A DNA stretch of 64,000 bases, taken from a bacterium (GTDB taxonomy: Bacteria > Omnitrophota > Gorgyraeia > Zapsychrales > Zapsychraceae). This document shows, one piece after another, positions 50,196 through 58,854 of the stretch. Where the stretch lies: the NCBI GenBank assembly GCA_030429765.1, contig JAUIER010000018.1, positions 9,663 through 73,662 of the forward strand, given 5' to 3'. Positions within the stretch are counted from its first letter, which is position 1, and each line of letters opens with the position of its first letter. Made by a program: the position numbers and the translations under genes. Below the pieces are notes generated by a model. It worked only from the letters and a program-made list of their open reading frames with translations, made no database searches and was not told the DNA's origin.

Positions 50196-50687
50196 TCAAT
50201 GCCGATTTTCCGAACTGTCTTGACTCAAATGTTCTTTTACTGTCTTAGACGACACATGCCAAAAATAGCTCTGAAAATAATTATGTGCTATGACCAAGCC
50301 TTCAATTTTACTCCAATCTGAGTTTCCTATCCAACTGAATGGTGTACCGCTGGAGATAGACATGCATGCAATACGAGCAACATCATCTTTGTCTCGGCAT
50401 TGCAACTCAAGTAACTTTTCATTTTCGCAACTGGGAATAACAGCTACTATAGTGTCTAAACCAGCCAGTTGATTTAATCGCTCTACTGTGTATTTTTCAG
50501 TTTCTACTGACTTTTTGGTATAGGTGTGGGACAAGATCGAATCATGGCACAAATCCTTACATCCTTCGGCTTCGTCACCACATGAAATCTCATGCGAACC
50601 TACTGGGTATGTAAGGAAGATTACTAACACCAATGTGTTGATCAATACTCTTATATTCGTAGATCTCAAATATTCAATTCCTATCAT
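50196..50687 (-). CDS. Exported Cys-containing hypothetical protein (AT-rich)
   Basis: Signal-like N-terminus; 6 Cys. Confidence 0.55.
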   Translation of the reverse strand: MIGIEYLRSTNIRVLINTLVLVIFLTYPVGSHEISCGDEAEGCKDLCHDSILSHTYTKKSVETEKYTVERLNQLAGLDTIVAVIPSCENEKLLELQCRDKDDVARIACMSISSGTPFSWIGNSDWSKIEGLVIAHNYFQSYFWHVSSKTVKEHLSQDSSENRH

Positions 50688-50703
50688 TTTCTTCGCCTAA
50701 GCC

Positions 50704-51282
50704 CTACATCCCAATCTCCCGCCGCACAAACACGCCTTCCGGATTTTTGTCAAAGACATCATTTTCCTTTAAAAACTCAAGAACGGTGGCGCGGTCGGAT
50801 GTGACAGTGGGGGTGCTGTAGCTGGGTTTGGGTTCATAGTGCCCGGAAATCAGTTCATCGTCTATCGCCGCTTTGATCAGTCTGGATTCCGTAAAGGCCA
50901 GGCGAAATCGATTCGCCTCCAAAAACTCGTAGCGGACCAATTGGTACGTGACCTCGGCCACATCCTCATACGGCCGGACATTTAAGTACCCCTTACCGTC
51001 GATCCGGGCCGCGTATCCCTTAAAATGGGTCATGTCCGCTTCGTTATCATCACTCTCATAGTAGCTGACACATAACTGGTTTTGGCATGGCAAAATAAGC
51101 AAAAATGCGTATTCATCATCTGATTCATCCGGCCCTTCAGCCTCCAGCGTCCACAACCCAATCAACCGCCGGTCCAGCTCATTGTGTTCCGGCGTAACGA
51201 CCGGTGATGTGAACTCGGGGAGACAGCCGGTCAGGAATATACATACGCAAATCATGGCCAAAAGTTTACTAAATTTCTTCAT
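50704..51282 (-). CDS. Hypothetical lipoprotein
   Basis: Lipobox LTGC; D.RLIG.W. Confidence 0.75.
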   Translation of the reverse strand: MKKFSKLLAMICVCIFLTGCLPEFTSPVVTPEHNELDRRLIGLWTLEAEGPDESDDEYAFLLILPCQNQLCVSYYESDDNEADMTHFKGYAARIDGKGYLNVRPYEDVAEVTYQLVRYEFLEANRFRLAFTESRLIKAAIDDELISGHYEPKPSYSTPTVTSDRATVLEFLKENDVFDKNPEGVFVRREIGM

Positions 51283-51628
51283 CAGGCTTCTCCTCGATTT
51301 GTTTTCGTCGTTCATTAATAATCTTGGTCTGATCCTGCAAATCGACAACATTTTGAAATATTTTTGTGAGTGAAAAGTTCGTAGATTGAGTCCATTTCTC
51401 ATCATACGCCTCAAGCTGACTCCACAAGAATACAGAATCACAATCCTCCCAATGATTCAGTAGCTCGGGAATATTATGAATGGCGTCTGCCAGGTCTGCC
51501 ATTTCGTCATACGGTGCTTGAGACAAAGCCATATGCCTTAGCTTAGTAATCGCGCTAGTCAATACGGCCATATAAGCCGAAAACACTGGTTCTTTTGGAA
51601 CTGTCATACTAACCTCGTAAGAACTCAA
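51269..51628 (-). CDS. Hypothetical protein
   Basis: LADAIHNIP..L..W motif; overlaps next gene. Confidence 0.6.
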   Translation of the reverse strand: MSSYEVSMTVPKEPVFSAYMAVLTSAITKLRHMALSQAPYDEMADLADAIHNIPELLNHWEDCDSVFLWSQLEAYDEKWTQSTNFSLTKIFQNVVDLQDQTKIINERRKQIEEKPDEEI

Positions 51629-51665
51629 TACAACACTTAATCAAAGATTTAATGGATCCATGGAA

Positions 51666-52073
51666 TCACTGCCTCAACTGATACAATCCGCTGCCGATCA
51701 GCATCGCCACCACAAAAACTATGGCCTTGGGATTAAGCAGGGCCAGTGACGCGATAGCCGGTCCGGGACAAATCCCGACGAGTCCCCATCCGATCCCGAA
51801 CAGGACGGCACCGATCACCAGCGGTTTATCAATTTGATTTTTGGTTGGTACATGAAATGCGGATCCGCAAGTAGGGGCAGACCGTTTTAAGATCAGTTTA
51901 AACGCCACGGTCGTGACGGCCAATGCGCCGATCATCACAAACATCAACGCCGGATTCCACGGACCGGTCACATCCAGAAAGCCGATAACAACCGACGGAT
52001 TGATCATCCCCGAGACACATAGACCGATGGCAAAGATCATCGCGCAGATCAGACTGGTGATATTTTCACGCAT
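51666..52073 (-). CDS. YeeE/YedE family protein (DUF6691-like half)
   Basis: GL.VSGM..P..V.GFLD, FGIGWGLVGICPGP. Confidence 0.9.
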   Translation of the reverse strand: MRENITSLICAMIFAIGLCVSGMINPSVVIGFLDVTGPWNPALMFVMIGALAVTTVAFKLILKRSAPTCGSAFHVPTKNQIDKPLVIGAVLFGIGWGLVGICPGPAIASLALLNPKAIVFVVAMLIGSGLYQLRQ

Positions 52074-52075
52074 GA

Positions 52076-52498
52076 TCAAAGCCCTCCCAGTTGGCGCCGA
52101 ATCCAGACCGTCAGGATGGCCGTCGCCATGAAGATCATGGTCGCCGCGATTGACCGGATGGACAGTCGTCCGATGCCGCACACGCCGTGTCCGCTGGTGC
52201 AGCCCGACCCCAGACGTGTGCCGTACCCGACCAATAAACCGCCGACGATGACAAGCGGATAACCGGCATCGATCACATAGGCCGGCGTCCCGTGAATCAG
52301 TGTGTATATGATAGTTCCCATCACCAAACCGCCAACGAAAAACGCCCGCCACCATTCACGATGGCGATGAATGCTCCATAATCCGCCCACGATCCCGCTG
52401 ATACCCGTGACGCGTCCATTAAAAAGCAGCATGAAGGCGGCGGACAACCCGATCAGGACCCCGCCCAGTAATGGTTCAAGATTGGCTGATAATGACAT
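52076..52498 (-). CDS. YeeE/YedE family protein
   Basis: GGVLIGL, GRVTGISG, GSGCTSGHGVCG. Confidence 0.92.
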   Translation of the reverse strand: MSLSANLEPLLGGVLIGLSAAFMLLFNGRVTGISGIVGGLWSIHRHREWWRAFFVGGLVMGTIIYTLIHGTPAYVIDAGYPLVIVGGLLVGYGTRLGSGCTSGHGVCGIGRLSIRSIAATMIFMATAILTVWIRRQLGGL

Positions 52499-52580
52499 AC
52501 ATTCCCCCCTAAAGAAGTATGAATTGAATGGATCAAAGAACCTTCATTATATATCGCCGGACGGGTATCGTCAAAGACAC

Positions 52581-52617
52581 AAAAAAAGGGCAACTCCTGT
52601 TTAAGAAGTTGCCCTTT
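52581..52617 (-). terminator. Rho-independent terminator after PEP-CTERM gene
   Basis: AAAGGGCAACT-loop-AGTTGCCCTTT with an A tract (T tract on the minus strand). Confidence 0.85.
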
Positions 52618-52644
52618 GTATGGTGAAAAGCGTAGGTTTATCGC

Positions 52645-53283
52645 TTACGCTTGCTGTCTTTTGCGAATAAACGCGCCGGCCAGTCCGGTGGCAAACAAAG
52701 CCATCGTGGCTGGTTCAGGTGCGGCGGCTGTGGGTGTGGCATCGGTGATGACACGCACATAATCTCCAGGAGAGCTGGCTCTGAAGTTTACGTCCAACCG
52801 GAACAAGTTTGCTCCGTTGATGGCCAACGAATCGGCACTTTCAAGCCCGCGAAGGTTTGGATTGAGGTAACTCACGCCGGCATTGCCTAGAAAATCAGAT
52901 GCCAAAAGGTTATCTCGGCTGGTGATAACACCAAGGATCGGCGCGTCAAAGATCACGTGACCAATCGCCCGGCGTGACGGGCCCGGATCAAAAAAGATGT
53001 AATGGCTGGAAACCATGGAACCCGCTGAAATGGAACCCAATCCGACATTTGATGCTAATGCCGATGCCAATGTCACATTCTGTGATTCGTTGAATCCGTA
53101 CAGATTATTGGTTTGGAAATTGTTATTGCCAACAGGTCCGCTGAAACCGACCAGTTCCTGGAACGTTCCACCATTGTTAAAGGCTGATCCGCTGGTCAAT
53201 TGTCCGGAAACGATGATCGCCTCCGCCTTGGATGCGAACCCGCATGCCAGGATGATGCTGAGTAATGCCATTGTCTTTTTCAT
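52645..53283 (-). CDS. PEP-CTERM sorting domain protein
   Basis: Signal peptide; C-terminal APEPATMALFATGLAGAFIRKR. Confidence 0.92.
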   Translation of the reverse strand: MKKTMALLSIILACGFASKAEAIIVSGQLTSGSAFNNGGTFQELVGFSGPVGNNNFQTNNLYGFNESQNVTLASALASNVGLGSISAGSMVSSHYIFFDPGPSRRAIGHVIFDAPILGVITSRDNLLASDFLGNAGVSYLNPNLRGLESADSLAINGANLFRLDVNFRASSPGDYVRVITDATPTAAAPEPATMALFATGLAGAFIRKRQQA

Positions 53284-53418
53284 TTGTTCTCCCTTAGTCA
53301 AGTCAGATGTTTCATTGCATATTAATCGACAAATTTATTAAAGGAAGTATGCAACATTTTCCAAGAGGATCAAGAGGACAACCTCCCCCACACCCGGACA
53401 TCCCCAGACAAAAATTAG

Positions 53419-53593
53419 AAAAAAATGGTGTCAGAACTCCGTAATTTACTGTTACACATATGTTTACATAATAATTCGGAATTACGATTTTTTTTGAGCC
53501 GCACTGCGTGGCTGCCCATCAGGTCAAAAAGTTGGAATTAGTGGATAAACTCAATGAAGACAATGATTTGGGGAGTTCTGACACCAATTATTT
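53419..53593. mobile_element. Family-1 TIR element (MITE-like)
   Basis: AAAAAAATGGTGTCAGAACTCC ... GGAGTTCTGACACCAATTATTT. Confidence 0.85.
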
Positions 53594-53664
53594 AAAATGG
53601 CGGGATATGCGGTATAATGAGGATGCAAACACGGATCAATCTTGATAAACAGGAGACCTATTTG

Positions 53665-54051
53665 ATGAATACCCCCCCTTCACATGAAGAGCTGGAATCG
53701 GCGCTGCGTTTTTTTAAACGGTCCTATCTGATGGTCGATGATAAGGTCTTGGACGCGGTTAAATTGATCAAGGCCCATGGTACACCTGACGACCAGCAGT
53801 TAGCCTGTGATCATATTTTAAAAATGCTCGCCCGCGAGGACACCGGCCCCGACTATGATCACGCCTATCAACTGGATGACGGACGCGTGCAAATGCATGC
53901 CCAGCAGTTAAATCAACGCAACGAATTTTACATTCAGTTGCTCGCCATTCTTGACGAGCCGCAACGGGTCGCCAAGGCCGTTGACAGTTTTCCGGCCCAT
54001 GCCAGCGGGCTGGCTTGCGTCAAAGAGTACTTGCGCTCGGCTACAACTTAG
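53665..54051 (+). CDS. Hypothetical protein
   Basis: GGAG RBS and upstream TATAAT; helical protein. Confidence 0.6.
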   Translation: MNTPPSHEELESALRFFKRSYLMVDDKVLDAVKLIKAHGTPDDQQLACDHILKMLAREDTGPDYDHAYQLDDGRVQMHAQQLNQRNEFYIQLLAILDEPQRVAKAVDSFPAHASGLACVKEYLRSATT

Positions 54052-54844
54052 TCGAATCAGTTTTTAGGATAAGGTCGGCAATAACCGGTAGATGATCGGA
54101 CGCCTGTCGGGTCAGCCCGGTTCGGGGAACATCAACCGCATGCACATGCCAATGCCGGCTGACAAAGATATGATCCAGACACCGCAGCGGCCACCAGCTC
54201 ATGAAAGTCTTACGCCGCCGATGCCCGTCACAAAGCATTTGTGAATCAAACAGACGTTCGCTTAGTTTTCGGTGCAGCAATGAACCGGGGGTGTCATTTA
54301 AATCTCCGAGAAACAAGGTCGGTGCGTTGATCACACGCTCCGCCCCCATCCAGTCCGTTGACATAATCGTTTTCAATTGAGCCATTCGTTCGGCCCGAGA
54401 AAGCCCCAGATGCGTGGCAAAAATGTGTACCGTCTGGCCATTCACATCGGCCTCGAGCCATATTGCACCGCGGGGCTCATACGTGGAACTCAAGATCCGC
54501 TCGTACAGCTTGATCCTCTTATGGACCGGCGTGTCCGGCAGCGTCTGATGCCCGACCAGCTTGAAGTCAAAGCGCGAAAACACCATATTGCCGTACAACG
54601 TGTCTCCGTCGACAATGGCCGGCTGAAAATGCGACGTCATCGACAATTCCCGATCCAGATATTCAGGCTGATGAATCCCGCCCGGGATCTTGTAACCCAC
54701 ATCCACTTCCTGCAGCACACAGATATCAGGCTGATATTCCTTGATGACAGCCACAATCCGGTCCGGCCGATGCTGCTTGTCCCGGCCCAGACATTTGTGG
54801 ATGTTGTAGGTCATGACCCGAATTTTTTGGAGCGATTCTGTCAT
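54041..54844 (-). CDS. Endonuclease/exonuclease/phosphatase family protein
   Basis: TYNIH, LQEVD, THL, GDLN, LDHIF, ASDHLP. Confidence 0.92.
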   Translation of the reverse strand: MTESLQKIRVMTYNIHKCLGRDKQHRPDRIVAVIKEYQPDICVLQEVDVGYKIPGGIHQPEYLDRELSMTSHFQPAIVDGDTLYGNMVFSRFDFKLVGHQTLPDTPVHKRIKLYERILSSTYEPRGAIWLEADVNGQTVHIFATHLGLSRAERMAQLKTIMSTDWMGAERVINAPTLFLGDLNDTPGSLLHRKLSERLFDSQMLCDGHRRRKTFMSWWPLRCLDHIFVSRHWHVHAVDVPRTGLTRQASDHLPVIADLILKTDSTKL

Positions 54845-54870
54845 TGGATCAATAGTATCCCCGATTCAAC

Positions 54871-55272
54871 TCAAACACCTGGAATGTCTTTCCGATACTT
54901 CTCACCGAGGTTTTTTCCCAAATAGTCAAATGTCCGCTCCGCCATGTCCACCCTGTAGCGGCAGACACCATGCCCGGCAATACGCTCCAGAAATAGCGCG
55001 TACGAAATCTCCCGACGCTGATAACTTTGAAAGGCCGATTCAATACGCTCCGCGTCAAATCGTCCGCTGGTCTTCGGCGGATTTTCAACAGACGGAAGGA
55101 TTTCCGTGTAAGACCCGCCGTCACCAAAGTACGTCAATCGATACTCCACCAGACACATTTCATACCAGGTCACCCCGGCCACCTTTAACGATTCAAAAAC
55201 CCTAGCGTAAGGCCAGGCCTCCTCACGTCCGGTGGCGACAATGATCGCGATCCGCTGGGCATCAAAGCGCAT
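54871..55272 (-). CDS. DUF1398 family protein
   Basis: Y...F..L..AGV..Y, Q..EISY..F, GV..Y.VD...R...Y. Confidence 0.75.
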   Translation of the reverse strand: MRFDAQRIAIIVATGREEAWPYARVFESLKVAGVTWYEMCLVEYRLTYFGDGGSYTEILPSVENPPKTSGRFDAERIESAFQSYQRREISYALFLERIAGHGVCRYRVDMAERTFDYLGKNLGEKYRKDIPGV

Positions 55273-56419
55273 GTGGTTCCTTTCGCGGCGGCCGTTGGCC
55301 GTGATACTGATAGTAGTTGGCTTCGACATTTCCGTTGTATAGTTTACGGATCCGGTCGGGTTTATCGGCTCGAAACACATTGGCGAATTGCCGGTCGGCC
55401 GTCAGGATGTAAATCGACCAGCCCGGCTGATCATTAAAAACAGCTCTTAATGACTTATACAGGGTGATCAATTCGGGTTGCGATCCCAGCTTGATCCCGT
55501 AAGGCGGATTGCTGATCATCACCCCATAAGCGCTGGATAGTTTGATATCTTTGACATCTCGCTGCGAGAACTCAATATTGTCGTCGACGCCTGCGGCAGA
55601 CGCATTTTCCCGCGCGTCAGCCACGCGTGCTGGATCTATGTCACTGGCCGCAATCTCGAGGGTGATGTCATCACGTATCTCGTCGCGCGCCTGTGTCCGC
55701 GCCTGCTCAAAGATATTGCCGGGCACCATCGGCCATTGTTCGCAACCGAACGATCGGTTGAGTCCCGGCGCTATCTGGCGTGCGATCATCGCCGCCTCAA
55801 TGGCAATGGTCCCGCTGCCGCACATCGGATCCAACAACATTCGGTCGGACCGCCAAAAGCTCAGCATGACCAGCCCCGCCGCGAGATTCTCCCGCATCGG
55901 CGCCTCACCGGTCTGCCGTCGATAGCCGCGTTTGTGTAATCCGGCTCCGGTCGTATCAAGCGTCAAGAGCGCGTTGTCTTTGTTGATATTGATTTTGATC
56001 ACCGCTTCGTAAGCGGATTCGGGGAAGAGCTTGACCTGATGTGATTTTTTCAACGACTCCAGGATCGCCTTCTTGATCATCGACTGACTGGCCCGAACGC
56101 TATTGATGGCGGACCGCGTGACCTGACCGACGACCGTGATCTTGGCATCAGGCGCAATCCATTCGCCCCAAGGGATATTCAATGCCCCGTCGAAGAGCTC
56201 ATCAAAATTACGGGCCCGATACTCCTTGAGCTTGATCACCACCCGATCCGCCGCCCGCAGCCATAGATTCAATCGGGCGATGTCCGACCAGCCGCCTTCA
56301 AGTTCGATCCGCCCGTCGGCCGTTCGTCCGGGCTGATAACCCAGATTGAGCAGCTCCTGCTTGACCACTTTTTCCAGCCCAAAGGCCATCGTGACTATAA
56401 TGTCGAATGTCTGGTTCAT
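55262..56419 (-). CDS. THUMP-domain class I RNA methyltransferase (RlmL/YpsC-like)
   Basis: FGLE, NLWLR.ADRV, LHKRGYR, DPMCGSGT..IEAA, NPPYG. Confidence 0.92.
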   Translation of the reverse strand: MNQTFDIIVTMAFGLEKVVKQELLNLGYQPGRTADGRIELEGGWSDIARLNLWLRAADRVVIKLKEYRARNFDELFDGALNIPWGEWIAPDAKITVVGQVTRSAINSVRASQSMIKKAILESLKKSHQVKLFPESAYEAVIKININKDNALLTLDTTGAGLHKRGYRRQTGEAPMRENLAAGLVMLSFWRSDRMLLDPMCGSGTIAIEAAMIARQIAPGLNRSFGCEQWPMVPGNIFEQARTQARDEIRDDITLEIAASDIDPARVADARENASAAGVDDNIEFSQRDVKDIKLSSAYGVMISNPPYGIKLGSQPELITLYKSLRAVFNDQPGWSIYILTADRQFANVFRADKPDRIRKLYNGNVEANYYQYHGQRPPRKEPHAL

Positions 56420-56577
56420 AAATAATTGGTGTCAGAACTCCCTAAGCTATTCTCCTACAAAACCTTAAGCCATAATTCTCTAACATATTCTGATTTAAGC
56501 ATTTAAGATTCATCAATTGAATTAATAGGTAAATGTTTGTGAACAAATGTTTTGCGGAGTTCTGACACCAATTATTT
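56420..56577. mobile_element. Family-1 TIR element (MITE-like)
   Basis: Perfect 22-nt arms AAATAATTGGTGTCAGAACTCC / GGAGTTCTGACACCAATTATTT; fills the whole gap between the archaemetzincin stop and the methyltransferase ATG. Confidence 0.9.
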
Positions 56578-57459
56578 TTGCGCGTCGAGTGATTGGCGAT
56601 AGAAGGCGGCCTCCGCGTCAAAACCGTATTGTTCGGCTAGATCCGCTAAGGCCCGGTAGCGCTCTTGCGGATCAATTTCCAGGTTCCAGATCAATTTAGA
56701 CAGACACACCGGACACAGATACAACGGACGCCGGTCCGACTCCATACGATGATTGCTGCCGTTCATCGCGCATTCAAAATACGGGCAATGCGGCAGGCTG
56801 AACATGTGACACAGCTCATGCGTACCGGTCTTGACGGTCCGCAGCAAACAGATCTTGAAATCCTCTTCACTCTTCTGCGGATTTCCATTTCGATAGACAG
56901 ACCACACGCCGACACGATCATCAATCGATGCCTGACCGAACACAAAATTCCATCCCTCGCCCGGCCACAAGTCCGAAGAGGTAAACGCGATCAGACTCAC
57001 CGCGTCGCCCGGCAAGCGCGGGATTAAAACTTCTTCCAGTACATACGTCGTCAAGATCTGGCGGTCACCGGTCGTCGGATGAAAACGACGGGCATGCGAA
57101 GGAATCTCATCCAAACTCATCGGCTCAATGAATGCGACGTCCAGCTGATAAAATGCCTGAATGAATTCAGCGGTCTTATCGATGATCTCAGTATACTCCG
57201 ACCCAAACCGTCCCAACTTCATGATATAAATCTTATTGCGAGTATCGTCCGGCCGGACCGGTTGACTGGCGATGTATTCATAAATACTTTGACCGGGTTC
57301 ACGATGATGCATCATCCAGTCATTCGGACCCGGCGGGAGCTTGACCTCATGCAGAGCAATCAGGGACTGATAATAACTCAAATCCAGATCCTCCGCGGCG
57401 ACAGCGGATGCCCCCGTGCTGATCAAAAATAGGAACGCAATGATACAAAGTCGTTTCAA
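56572..57459 (-). CDS. Archaemetzincin (peptidase M54) family, exported
   Basis: WNFVFGQA, HELCHMFSLPHC...C.MNGSN...LCPVC; signal peptide. Confidence 0.9.
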   Translation of the reverse strand: MKRLCIIAFLFLISTGASAVAAEDLDLSYYQSLIALHEVKLPPGPNDWMMHHREPGQSIYEYIASQPVRPDDTRNKIYIMKLGRFGSEYTEIIDKTAEFIQAFYQLDVAFIEPMSLDEIPSHARRFHPTTGDRQILTTYVLEEVLIPRLPGDAVSLIAFTSSDLWPGEGWNFVFGQASIDDRVGVWSVYRNGNPQKSEEDFKICLLRTVKTGTHELCHMFSLPHCPYFECAMNGSNHRMESDRRPLYLCPVCLSKLIWNLEIDPQERYRALADLAEQYGFDAEAAFYRQSLDAQK

Positions 57460-57460
57460 C

Positions 57461-57769
57461 TTAAACCCCCATACTCAAAATGCGATAGATCATCCCGGCG
57501 AGTCCCGCGCAACAGATGATATTGCCCGCGATAATCCCCCAGCGAGTGGACGACTTGATCCCCCGTACGTAGCTCAGGGAAACGAGAAACGCAATTAAAC
57601 TTAGAATTCCAACCACGATGCAGACCACACCGGCCGCGGCCGATGGATTGGGATCGTAGCGCGGGTCAAAAAACATCGGAATCCCTATCCCTAAAGATAC
57701 CACATCAGCCACAAAAAATGTCGCCGCGCAAAAACCGGCGAGGATATTCACGCGTGGGTCCACCTCCAT
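57461..57769 (-). CDS. Small membrane protein (3 TM)
   Basis: Three hydrophobic helices; adjacent to the upstream stop. Confidence 0.6.
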   Translation of the reverse strand: MEVDPRVNILAGFCAATFFVADVVSLGIGIPMFFDPRYDPNPSAAAGVVCIVVGILSLIAFLVSLSYVRGIKSSTRWGIIAGNIICCAGLAGMIYRILSMGV

Positions 57770-58828
57770 CTACACCCCTTCCTGTTGGGCCTTGATTTTT
57801 TCGGCGCAATCGTGACAAATCCCGCACAGCCGCCCCTGCTCCAACGACATACCGCAGGTCACCGGATCGTGACTGACCGACCGATGACACATCGAACATT
57901 CGCCCACACCCGTCAGCTGCACATGCGGATGCACGATCCAGCCGTTTAACAAAGTGATCCCGGCGATCATTTGTTCAAAGACCGGAAACAGCTGAGCCTG
58001 ATCTTTGGCCGCTCCCTCTCCTAAAAACTGAATCGCCACCTGACGACCGCGGCCGATAAAAGTCGTGACATTCAGCTCGCGCACCCGTCCGGCATCGGAA
58101 TCATACTCATACGTCAACCAGGCGGATGGCCAACCCATATGAAGCGTCTCGCGCGCGCCGATCATTTCAAAATTCGCAAAATGTCCGCTCAGATCCTGCT
58201 GGGCCTTGTTCATGTATACACTCAACGGAGATCCGTCATCGTCGAAGATATTGGTGAGTATAGTGACATATGGATTGGGTTGATCGTCCTTTTTTTCAAT
58301 CGCGCAGAGGCACACCGGCATCGTCCACGGCATCTGATTGGTCTGATTCTCATCCACCACCCGCCAGCCCGACGGATAGGGCAAACCGATATTGTACTCA
58401 TGGTTCACGTAAACCTGATCACAATCCACACATGGTTGATCGCGCTTGAGAACCTTCGCGGCAAAGTCGCGCCGCATCCGCTGCGCCTTCGTTAAGACAA
58501 CATTAAACAGGCTCAAACGCTGGCACAAATTATATACGCGTTCATAATTTTTCTGTGACCAGGCCTCTTCCATCTGATGGACAACAATATGGGCCGACGC
58601 ATCACGATCGACCGCCTCGAGGGTAGATTGACATCGCGGACAAGATAGTACGCCAACCGCGCGCCCGGACTGCTGGATGCACGCATCACACAAACGAATA
58701 CCGCATGACGGGCACAGCGCGTGCATGATCGACCATTGATCTGGAGCGTCCAGCGCTACCTGATTTCCCGACGGGACAGCCGACACGGAAATATTTCGAT
58801 CACACTCGGTGCATTTATAGACGGCCAT
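57770..58828 (-). CDS. Multi-CxxC (Zn-ribbon) protein with central PsbP/DcrB-like domain
   Basis: CTEC, CPSC, CDAC, CPRC, CVDC, CSMC, CHDC; YPSGW ... FEQMIAGI. Confidence 0.7.
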   Translation of the reverse strand: MAVYKCTECDRNISVSAVPSGNQVALDAPDQWSIMHALCPSCGIRLCDACIQQSGRAVGVLSCPRCQSTLEAVDRDASAHIVVHQMEEAWSQKNYERVYNLCQRLSLFNVVLTKAQRMRRDFAAKVLKRDQPCVDCDQVYVNHEYNIGLPYPSGWRVVDENQTNQMPWTMPVCLCAIEKKDDQPNPYVTILTNIFDDDGSPLSVYMNKAQQDLSGHFANFEMIGARETLHMGWPSAWLTYEYDSDAGRVRELNVTTFIGRGRQVAIQFLGEGAAKDQAQLFPVFEQMIAGITLLNGWIVHPHVQLTGVGECSMCHRSVSHDPVTCGMSLEQGRLCGICHDCAEKIKAQQEGV

Positions 58829-58854
58829 TCATCTTCCCTATTTTGAACAATAAG

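Noticed and set aside
50160-50199. GAGTTTA...TAAACTC imperfect inverted repeat between two orphan genes
   Set aside because: Single copy, short, and the orientation is opposite to attC cores.
53341-53370. Sigma54 promoter for the PEP-CTERM gene
   Set aside because: GG-to-GC spacing is 8 nt rather than the required 10.
48500-56577. Repeated arms as a CRISPR array
   Set aside because: The repeats are inverted pairs dispersed over kilobases, not tandem direct repeats with regular spacers, and there are no cas genes.
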